A stretch of 64,000 bases of DNA, from NCBI GenBank assembly GCA_042571725.1, contig JBHPFN010000002.1, positions 14,030 through 78,029 on the forward strand, given 5' to 3'. The translations under genes were made by a program, and so were the position numbers. Below, piece by piece: positions 26,416 through 33,576 of the stretch; position 1 is the first letter of the stretch; each line of letters starts with the position of its first letter. The DNA is from Candidatus Omnitrophota bacterium. Lineage in GTDB: Bacteria > Omnitrophota > Gorgyraeia > VGKH01 > JBHPFN01. The notes beneath the pieces are model-generated. The model did no database searches. It was not told where the DNA came from and saw only the letters and a list, made by a program, of their open reading frames with translations.

Positions 26416-27093
26416 ATGAAGAATAAAACAAGCACAGTAGTATTCATTACGTTAGTTCTTATTGCTAAACTATCCTTTGCAGAATCTTGTATGCCAAAGC
26501 CAGCAGAGTTTCACTTCTTAAATGCAGATGTTGTATTTACAGGGAAGGTGGAAAATATCGAAGAGCTTGGAAAACAAGATGAGATGTATGTGAAAAGTAA
26601 GGTAAGGCTAAACGTTGAAGAAGTATTGAAAGGCGATGTGTCCGATTCAGTTGTGGTGTTTGAAAATACTTACTACGGAGCAATGTTTAAAGAAAATGAA
26701 AGATATTTGGTCTTTGCCGGTTTTTTGGATGAAGAACTCTTAACCGGCTCATGTTCCGGTACAAAAAATATGAAATATCTTTCTGATGAGTTTAAAAAGA
26801 TAGAACGTATTAACCAATTGATTCAGGGACAAATGAAATCCATTAAAAATCTTGATGAAGATGAAGAGCTTAAGTATGAGATCTCTATAGTTGATGATGG
26901 CGCCATAGAATATAAACAATATGATGAAAACGGAAGGCTGCTTTTTCATGACACTTTTAAAGATGGTGAACATATATGGAGGCAATTTTTTAATGATGGG
27001 ATGTATAAGTATATAGAATATTTGTATAAAAATGGGAAGTTAATATATCTTAAAAAATATGACCAAAACGGTAAGCTTATTCTTGAAGAGTAG
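26416..27093 (+). CDS. Exported protein with C-terminal MORN-variant (YwqK-like) repeats
   Basis: Signal peptide ...IAKLSFA|ES. C-terminal YDENGRLLFHDTFKDGEH...YKNGKLIYLKKYDQNGKLILEE. Confidence 0.65.
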   Translation: MKNKTSTVVFITLVLIAKLSFAESCMPKPAEFHFLNADVVFTGKVENIEELGKQDEMYVKSKVRLNVEEVLKGDVSDSVVVFENTYYGAMFKENERYLVFAGFLDEELLTGSCSGTKNMKYLSDEFKKIERINQLIQGQMKSIKNLDEDEELKYEISIVDDGAIEYKQYDENGRLLFHDTFKDGEHIWRQFFNDGMYKYIEYLYKNGKLIYLKKYDQNGKLILEE

Positions 27094-27268
27094 TTGTGTG
27101 GGAAAATAAACGGCCCGTTGAGGGAAACGAGGTGGCACCCAGCATTCTAAAATCAGGGGGCACTCAAAATGTAGGATAGGGAGTGTTACCTCGCCAGAAT
27201 TTGCCTTATGGCAATCATGGGCGAGGTTAAGTGTTGCCCCGCCCTTGGCGGGGCTAAGGAGAAATGAA

Positions 27269-27946
27269 ATGAAAAAACTATTAATTGTTTTAATATGTTT
27301 AGCGTTGATTACAGCCTTCAGTTCATTATTTGTAATAAATTTGGTAAAAAATAGATTGCCAAACATGATTACAGAGACACTCTCTAAGCATATAACCGTT
27401 GATTCGATTAAGATTGCTCTAAACGGGCAATTTATTTTAGAAGGAACACCTGATGAAGCGGCTGATGATTCTACACTCGTGCTGGTATTAATGGATAGCG
27501 ATTTATTTAAGAACGTTCAGTTGGAAAAAGTAAAAGCGGAAATTGTCGACTGTGAAATAATGCGTGAATTTGCCATTAGTGGTTATCTAACCCCTGTTGC
27601 TCTATTTAATGAAAAAACTCAAGCGTCTTTAGAAGTTATTAGCAAAAACTTTATAAGAGAAAAACAACAGTCAGACAAAGATGCAGATATGCGTGCAAAA
27701 AAAATGGATTCTTTACTTGAAAGACTTCTCAACGAATATGTAGATGTTTCTTCGAGCGAGCCAGAGTATTGGAAAAAGCAATGGACAATAATAGAAAAAG
27801 ACCCAGAGCTTGAGAATCTACGCTGGTATCAGAGAGATTTTCTTAGAATGATTTATGCGAAATATTCAGGGAAAAAATGCAATATAACAGGAGAAGAACT
27901 TGAAAGATGGTATGACGATTTTTATTATGAAAAGGAACTAAAATGA
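27269..27946 (+). CDS. Exported/anchored hypothetical protein
   Basis: I prefer the ATG at 27269 after GGCGGGG-CTAAGGAG. N-terminus MKKLLIVLICLALITAFSSL. Confidence 0.65.
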   Translation: MKKLLIVLICLALITAFSSLFVINLVKNRLPNMITETLSKHITVDSIKIALNGQFILEGTPDEAADDSTLVLVLMDSDLFKNVQLEKVKAEIVDCEIMREFAISGYLTPVALFNEKTQASLEVISKNFIREKQQSDKDADMRAKKMDSLLERLLNEYVDVSSSEPEYWKKQWTIIEKDPELENLRWYQRDFLRMIYAKYSGKKCNITGEELERWYDDFYYEKELK

Positions 27947-28398
27947 CACCAAAAGTGTTAGTCAGGGGGTGTTGTACCCCGAATGTGAACGAGAGGATAC
28001 TAAAAAACCCGGTACTCTTTTTAATTTTTTTAGCGCTGATGTTGGCAACAGCAAGCTATGCCCAAGAGCAGCAGACAATAGATTACGAAGCTATCCAGCA
28101 ACAGGCAGCAGATATTGATTATTCCGACGGCATTAATAAGCAAGAGGCGGTTCTCTTAGCCCAGAATGTTTTTATAGAGCAAGGGAATGCTGAGGATTTC
28201 TTTCTCAGCGACCCCATTGTTACCAAAGAGACAGTAGAGGTTCTCTACGAAACTCAACAAGGGTCAGCGCGCAAACAAGTAGAGGTTTGGGCTGTTGGTT
28301 TCACATCAAGATTCGCCGCAAAAGGAACAGCGCTTTTGCCTTCTTTCGGCGTTGATATCGATACTGCGACAGGCGAGTTTGTTGTGAGGATGCAATAG
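27943..28398 (+). CDS. Exported hypothetical protein (start uncertain: ATG 27943 or in-frame GTG 27985)
   Basis: ATGA overlap favours 27943, but the first 14 codons coincide with a hairpin module (acacc-aaaagtgttagtcag-ggggtgt). The GTG at 27985 would give MNERILKNPVLFLIFLALMLATASYA|QE. Confidence 0.6.
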   Translation: MTPKVLVRGCCTPNVNERILKNPVLFLIFLALMLATASYAQEQQTIDYEAIQQQAADIDYSDGINKQEAVLLAQNVFIEQGNAEDFFLSDPIVTKETVEVLYETQQGSARKQVEVWAVGFTSRFAAKGTALLPSFGVDIDTATGEFVVRMQ

Positions 28399-28400
28399 CG

Positions 28401-28610
28401 ATGAATATATTTGCCGGAATTCTTTTACTAGCAATCAGTGTATTATTGATATTCTTACCTACGATGATCGATACATTTAAGAACCCTTCGATTACATGGA
28501 ATGCAGCACTTTTTATCTCGATATTCGGGGTAGTGTTAATGAGTTTAGTAAGCGTTACCGTTGGTTTATGTTTGATTTTAGGGATCTTTACCATTGATTT
28601 TTTTGCATGA
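28401..28610 (+). CDS. 69-aa two-TM hypothetical protein
   Basis: Starts 2 nt after the upstream stop and is almost entirely hydrophobic. Confidence 0.55.
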   Translation: MNIFAGILLLAISVLLIFLPTMIDTFKNPSITWNAALFISIFGVVLMSLVSVTVGLCLILGIFTIDFFA

Positions 28611-28658
28611 TATTGATCAATACTATAAAAAGCAAATAGAGGGGACATTTAAGATATT

Positions 28659-30077
28659 ATGAAACATCATTGTCCACAAATCTGCATAGAGAAAGTTCCT
28701 AAGATACACTTAGATGAGTTTTTGCGGCAGCAGACCGAGCGCATCGGCAGCCGGCTTAGGCTAGTAGCAGCGCTTTTTATCATAACCTTTTTCGCTGGCA
28801 GCATAGCCACTCTTATTACATTAAAGGAAGATGTAAGTAGCGCGCTTATTGTTGCTTGGATTCTTTGTGTGGGCTGTAGTACTGCCGCGTTTGTGTTATC
28901 CAAAAAAACTACTACGGTAGGCCTGGCAAAATTGAATGCCACCATCGTAATGACAATCATCATTGCCGAGATGACATGGTATCATATTACCACAGGTGTA
29001 ACACCCTTTGAGACGGCAATGACGTTTATATTTATGCTCATTGGTTTTTCTCTTATTTTTCCCTGGTTTCCGAAAGAGACTATCGGTGTACTTGCGTTGC
29101 ACCTAGCGGGTTTTGTGATTTACCTGGTTGCAACTCCGACGTATTTCTATAAAGGTGCTATTGTAGCAACGGAATTAACCGACTTCTTGCAGGGAATCAT
29201 TACCATGTGCTCATCTACTATTATGTGTTTCTTCTTAAGCAAGTTTGAACGCAAACGAGATATAGAAAATTTTGTCCTGCTTAAAGAGGTAGAAAGCAAA
29301 AACAGACAGATGCAAACCGAATTGGAAATGGCCACCCGCCTTCAGCAGCGATTGGTGCCAAAATCGGTCAGCACTGACCTTGCTGATATCGCGGTGACGT
29401 ATTTACCGGCCAGCTATATGAGTGGCGACTACGCAAAGCTGCATTTTGTTGACAAAAATAAACTGCTTTTTTTACTCTGCGATGTTACCGGCCACGGAGT
29501 TTCTGCGGCGTTTTTAGTCAACACTGTCCACACCCAGCTAGAGCGCTTAATAAAAGAAGAGAAAGAGCCCGGGGCGCTCCTTAACGAGCTCGATAAGGTT
29601 GTGGTGGAGGATTTTAAGGAAACAGGAATGTTTCTAACGGCGTTTTGCGGCCTGTTGGATTATGCCAAAAAAAGATTTGTCTATTCTAGCTACGGACACC
29701 CTCCGCAGTATATCTATCGGGCAACTGACTCTGATATCACACGGCTTAATTCTCAAACTACCCTTTTAGGCATTCCTTTTAGCGATGACAGCGTGTATCA
29801 AAACGAAGTACCGTTTAATAAGGGAGATCAAATACTACTTTTTACCGATGGGGTAATTGAGACCAGAGACCGGCAGGGCCAGGAGTTCGGAGGTGAGAGG
29901 CTTGAGGATTTTATACGTAACAACGATTCGCTTGGCGTTGAGCCCTTCAACCAAAAGCTGATTGATGCATTAAATCTGTTCAAGCAAGGAGAATTCAAAG
30001 ACGACGTCTTTATACTTAATATGAAGATAAAATCGCCGCAGAGAACTATAGACGCCCTACGCAAAGTCTTTAAATAA
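28659..30077 (+). CDS. Multi-TM sensor fused to a SpoIIE/PP2C-type serine phosphatase (RsbU-like)
   Basis: About 6 TM helices, then LQQRLVP........YLPAS.MSGDY.....D...L.FLLCDVTGHGVSAAF......, F.TAF.G.LD, LFTDGV.E. Confidence 0.8.
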   Translation: MKHHCPQICIEKVPKIHLDEFLRQQTERIGSRLRLVAALFIITFFAGSIATLITLKEDVSSALIVAWILCVGCSTAAFVLSKKTTTVGLAKLNATIVMTIIIAEMTWYHITTGVTPFETAMTFIFMLIGFSLIFPWFPKETIGVLALHLAGFVIYLVATPTYFYKGAIVATELTDFLQGIITMCSSTIMCFFLSKFERKRDIENFVLLKEVESKNRQMQTELEMATRLQQRLVPKSVSTDLADIAVTYLPASYMSGDYAKLHFVDKNKLLFLLCDVTGHGVSAAFLVNTVHTQLERLIKEEKEPGALLNELDKVVVEDFKETGMFLTAFCGLLDYAKKRFVYSSYGHPPQYIYRATDSDITRLNSQTTLLGIPFSDDSVYQNEVPFNKGDQILLFTDGVIETRDRQGQEFGGERLEDFIRNNDSLGVEPFNQKLIDALNLFKQGEFKDDVFILNMKIKSPQRTIDALRKVFK

Positions 30078-30148
30078 TCTCACCTACACAACAACTTTTT
30101 CTTAGGTATCTAACTTATTTATTGACAAACAGTTATGAGCACATAAAG

Positions 30149-30168
30149 GTGGGAAACCCCCACTTTTT
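30149..30168 (+). terminator. Weak intrinsic terminator candidate after the SpoIIE gene
   Basis: gtggg-aaacc-cccac followed by TTTTT. The stem is only 5 bp. Confidence 0.4.
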
Positions 30169-30196
30169 CGCCCCTTTCTATGACCTTGTCTAGGGC

Positions 30197-30224
30197 TTGA
30201 AAACGGCCTATTTCGTGATATACT
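30197..30224 (+). promoter_or_regulatory. Sigma70-type promoter for the riboswitch/pseudopilin operon (TTGAAA-N16-TATACT with TGn extended -10)
   Basis: ttgaaa at 30197-30202 and tatact at 30219-30224, preceded by tga. It places a transcription start about 10 nt before the aptamer. Confidence 0.55.
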
Positions 30225-30240
30225 TTTAATAGAGAAATAA

Positions 30241-30340
30241 ATGCCTACTGACACTGGCAAACCCCGCGTAAGCGGGGGGCGCAAAGCGACAGCTCCTTAA
30301 AAGACACCTTTTAAGGAGGGCTGCGTTACCAAAGAGGCAG
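30241..30340 (+). ncRNA. c-di-GMP-I (GEMM-I) riboswitch aptamer
   Basis: ACUGGCAAACC-CCGC-GUAA-GCGG-GGGGCGCAAAGC-[11-bp hairpin ctccttaaaag/cttttaaggag]-GGCUGCGUUACC matches by eye the conserved GGCAAAC / GNRA hairpin / G(A)CGCAAAGC / second hairpin / GUUACC order of the V. cholerae Vc2 aptamer as I remember it. Possible P1: tgcct 30242-30246 with aggca 30335-30339. Confidence 0.8.
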
Positions 30341-30375
30341 ATGAATAGCGGTTTGAAAATATGTAGTTACATAAA

Positions 30376-30403
30376 CCCTGGAGAAATCTGCCAGGGTTTT
30401 TTT
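30376..30403 (+). terminator. Intrinsic terminator forming the riboswitch expression platform
   Basis: ccctgg-agaaatctg-ccaggg followed by seven T. ggcagat (30336-30342) is complementary to atctgcc (30386-30392), which gives an alternative antiterminator pairing. Confidence 0.8.
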
Positions 30404-30455
30404 AGTTGCGAAAACATAAAATTATGGTAAGATATTGAATTACAAGGAGATTGAC

Positions 30456-30866
30456 GTGAAGCTTAAAAACGCTAAAGGAATGACATTAGTAGAAATCCTA
30501 GTTGCGGCGTTTATATTCGCTATAGCACTAGGGCCGCTGTTGCAGAGTTTGACAGGTGAACTTTTCCTGATTGACCTTGCTAAGGGCCAGACGAGAGCTA
30601 TTTTTGATTCAAGAAACATGATGGAGGCAATTAAAGTGACACCATTTGCGAATATGACTACACTTTTTGAAGATGGCACGGTTGACGGTCCGGCAGCCAA
30701 TAGGTATGACTCCTTAGTAGGTGGATATAGCCTGCCAGGTGAGCATATAACGGTAACGTATGCAGACATTGCTACGGATCCGCTCGAAATAGAAGTAGAG
30801 GTAGCCTGGCAGGATAGGCGCGGCCAGGTACGTAGCGTATCAGCATTTACGTTTAAAACGAGGTAA
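30456..30866 (+). CDS. Minor pseudopilin (GspI/PilV-like) with prepilin-type N-terminal cleavage/methylation motif
   Basis: GTG at 30456 sits 6 nt after AAGGAG. The leader VKLKNAKG|MTLVEILVAAFIFAIALG has Gly at -1, Glu at +5 and a hydrophobic helix. Confidence 0.8.
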   Translation: MKLKNAKGMTLVEILVAAFIFAIALGPLLQSLTGELFLIDLAKGQTRAIFDSRNMMEAIKVTPFANMTTLFEDGTVDGPAANRYDSLVGGYSLPGEHITVTYADIATDPLEIEVEVAWQDRRGQVRSVSAFTFKTR

Positions 30867-30873
30867 GCACGAC

Positions 30874-31458
30874 ATGCGTAGCCTTAGACACAATAAGACT
30901 TCTGGATTTTCACTGATGGAAATATTAGTGGCCAGCGCAATTTTAGCCTTAGTCATGGGGGCGCTCTCAAGCATTTATATTTCCGGATTAGATGTATGGG
31001 AAAGCGGCACCAACCAGGCAGACCTGCAGGCACAAGCCAGGGCAGCCTTAAATTACATGGTTGCAGAGTTGAGAAACGCAACGAGGACTTCTTCTCAGAA
31101 CCCATCTCCCAATCTCTCCATTCCGTCCGTACCGAATAATAAACAGATACATTTTTATCTCCCAGGAGATAAAGACGACGATGGCTTTCTCACCGATGCA
31201 AACGGAGATATTGAATGGGTTACCAATAGCCAGATACACTACCAGTATATCCCCGGGCAGAAGATGTTGCGTCGCTCAGTAGGCGGAAACCATAGGATTT
31301 TTGCAACCGATGTATCGGATGTGGAGTTTGAGGATATCACCGTAGACCCAACACTGGCTCTCAACGAATTGAGAATTATTTTAACCATAAGCAAAACAAC
31401 TAAGAAACAGAAAACAGCTGAAATTACCGTATCTTCGATCGTGGCATTAAGAAATTAA
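30874..31458 (+). CDS. Minor pseudopilin (GspJ/PilW-like) with prepilin-type N-terminal motif; paralog of the minus-strand small genes
   Basis: ...NKTSG|FSLMEILVASAILALV. The C-terminal ...VSSIVALRN matches SSVALRN / SSVSLRN of 56563-57324, 59870-60526 and 63068-64000. Confidence 0.8.
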   Translation: MRSLRHNKTSGFSLMEILVASAILALVMGALSSIYISGLDVWESGTNQADLQAQARAALNYMVAELRNATRTSSQNPSPNLSIPSVPNNKQIHFYLPGDKDDDGFLTDANGDIEWVTNSQIHYQYIPGQKMLRRSVGGNHRIFATDVSDVEFEDITVDPTLALNELRIILTISKTTKKQKTAEITVSSIVALRN

Positions 31459-31471
31459 CAGGGAGCATCAT

Positions 31472-33118
31472 ATGTTTTGTAATCGGGTTTTACTGCATGG
31501 GAAAAAAGCGCAAGCACTAGTTGTGGTCTACATGGTAGTGGCTGCCTTTACCGTACTGTGCGTTGCCCTGTTATCCAAGGCGATCAACGAAAGGAATCTT
31601 GCCCTGCGAAATAGGCTGGAGCACGAGGCATTTTATCTGGCAGAAGGGGCTATAGAAGACGCGATAGCGCAGTTTAGTAGCGCGATTGCGAATTACCAAA
31701 TCCAACCGGATGCAAATTTTAATACCAGCACCACGTTTACTATGTTTGGCTCAGAGGTGATCAATTCCACCATTACCGACATTGAAGGTGCTGATCGTCC
31801 AGAGACAGAAGGTGAAACGAATATATTGGTAAGAAACTTTCAAATTACTGCTACGGCAGTGCATCCTGAGAATAACGAGATATCTGTAACGCTGCATCAG
31901 ATTATCGCGCGCAGGCTCATCCCAACCTTTCAACACTCGGTATTTTATGATGATGACTTAGAGATGTTGCCCGGGCCCGATATGGATTTAAGCGGCAGGA
32001 TCCACTGCAACGAGGATATTTATGTGGACGCAGGAAACGGAAGCGTTTTGACCATTGATTCAACATCCTTTCACTCCGCCGGCAATATCTATAACCAAAG
32101 AAAAGACACCGGTGCTGAGGATGGCGGGGAAGTGTCTATCCGCGTAACAAAGCCGGGTGCGCCCCAATACGAAGATATGGATAATTTAGACAGCGAAGTC
32201 CCCACATGGACGGTTGATGCTACAACCCGCTGGCAGGGCACGGTGCGAAGCGCGGATCACGGAGTGACTGAGCTTACTGCACCCTCAGTAGCTTCAATCC
32301 AACCCGATGGGTATTATGCAACCAATGCCGATGTGATTATCGAGAACGGCGAGATTCGCAGAAACGGTGTTTTATTAGTAGAAGGCACTGATTATCCGGT
32401 CGATACTATTAAGACGACGAATTCTTTTTATAATAATAGAGAAGAGCGATTGGTTAAAATGACAGAGATAGATTTAAGAAAGTTGGCTGGTTATGAGCCA
32501 GGAGATCCTGAGGGCAGCCCGACTTTCGCCACAAGCATACTGCCGCCAAACGGTCTGCTGTATGCCACCAGGGATGATGCCGGAGCGGTTCGTCAACCCG
32601 GCATTAAATTAGTAAACGGAGAAAAGATATATCAAAACATCGGGTTAACCGTTGTGTCAAATGATCCGGTATATATTCAGGGAGATTATAATACTGATGA
32701 TGAGAAGCCGGCTGCGGTGATCTGTGATGCGTTAAACTTGCTTTCCAACAACTGGGATCCGGATGATACAGAGAGCACAAGCAGCTTAAATAATCGAATG
32801 GCTGATGAAACAACGTTTAACACTGTCTTTGTTGCCGGTATAGATACGACAACGCCCGGCGTTCAGTATAACGGCGGTTTAGAAAATTATCCCAGGATGC
32901 ATGAGAATTGGTCCGGCATAAATCTAAATATTAAAGGCTCTTTTGTAGCCTTGTGGAATAGCGCTATCGCAACCGGTGAATGGGTCTATGGAAATCCGCA
33001 ATATACCGCACCCCGGCGTAACTGGCAGTATAATACTGATCTTAACGATACCAGTAAACTTCCTCCCTTTACCCCCTGGGCTGTTGAAGTAGAGCGCGTT
33101 GCCTGGTGGAAAGAATAA
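31472..33118 (+). CDS. Large PilX-N-terminal-like / GspK-like pseudopilin-associated protein
   Basis: N-terminal hydrophobic helix followed by ...NERNLALRNRLEHEAFYLAEGAIEDAI (PilX_N-like). Shares PVYIQGDYN...PAAVI..A...LS with the CYL.GNYN...PSAVI motif of the minus-strand giants. Confidence 0.7.
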   Translation: MFCNRVLLHGKKAQALVVVYMVVAAFTVLCVALLSKAINERNLALRNRLEHEAFYLAEGAIEDAIAQFSSAIANYQIQPDANFNTSTTFTMFGSEVINSTITDIEGADRPETEGETNILVRNFQITATAVHPENNEISVTLHQIIARRLIPTFQHSVFYDDDLEMLPGPDMDLSGRIHCNEDIYVDAGNGSVLTIDSTSFHSAGNIYNQRKDTGAEDGGEVSIRVTKPGAPQYEDMDNLDSEVPTWTVDATTRWQGTVRSADHGVTELTAPSVASIQPDGYYATNADVIIENGEIRRNGVLLVEGTDYPVDTIKTTNSFYNNREERLVKMTEIDLRKLAGYEPGDPEGSPTFATSILPPNGLLYATRDDAGAVRQPGIKLVNGEKIYQNIGLTVVSNDPVYIQGDYNTDDEKPAAVICDALNLLSNNWDPDDTESTSSLNNRMADETTFNTVFVAGIDTTTPGVQYNGGLENYPRMHENWSGINLNIKGSFVALWNSAIATGEWVYGNPQYTAPRRNWQYNTDLNDTSKLPPFTPWAVEVERVAWWKE

Positions 33119-33249
33119 ATCCTTAAAAGCCCCCTTCCCGCAACACCCCCATCACAATAAACTCTTTTTTTGCCCTACGCAAGACAAGCGAAAACTCTTT
33201 TTTTAAATAGCCTTTCTTATGCTATAATACTCTCAAACAGGGAGATGCA

Positions 33250-33570
33250 ATGATTAGTTTTGAAGAGTTCAAAAAGCTAGAGATCGTAACTGCTAAGATA
33301 CAAAAAGTAGACAACCATCCTAATGCCGACAAGCTCTACGTGTTGACAGTAGAGGTAGCAGGGCAAGCCAAGACATTGGTGGCAGGTATAAAGGCATACT
33401 ATAGCCCTGAGCAGTTGATCGGTAAGAATATCGTAATAGCAAATAATTTAGAGCACGCGCAGATCCGGGGTGTGACTTCAGAAGGCATGCTTTTAGCAGC
33501 GCAGGATGAGAACGGTATCTCAGTGCTATCACCCGACAGGGAGATGGTTTCCGGAAGCAAAGTGAGGTAA
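33250..33570 (+). CDS. tRNA-binding domain protein (CsaA/Trbp111-like)
   Basis: F..L.I..AKI..V..HPNADKLYVL.V......TLV.GI...Y.PE.L.GK.IV...NL.....RGV.SEGMLLAA. Confidence 0.8.
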   Translation: MISFEEFKKLEIVTAKIQKVDNHPNADKLYVLTVEVAGQAKTLVAGIKAYYSPEQLIGKNIVIANNLEHAQIRGVTSEGMLLAAQDENGISVLSPDREMVSGSKVR

Positions 33571-33576
33571 GATAAG

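Noticed and set aside
6263-28610. A classical integron cassette array, with the intergenic repeats as attC sites
   Set aside because: There is no intI integrase or attI in the window. I could not find a consistent RYYYAAC ... GTTRRRY core-site pair bounding the repeats. The number of hairpin modules per junction varies from 0 to about 6, unlike single attC sites. Only the looser analogy is kept, as a finding.
30102-30284. 60-aa minus-strand ORF in the SpoIIE-pseudopilin intergenic region
   Set aside because: It overlaps the promoter and the GEMM-I aptamer, has no RBS, and has a Pro/Arg/Gly-rich composition typical of an antisense read-through of structured RNA.
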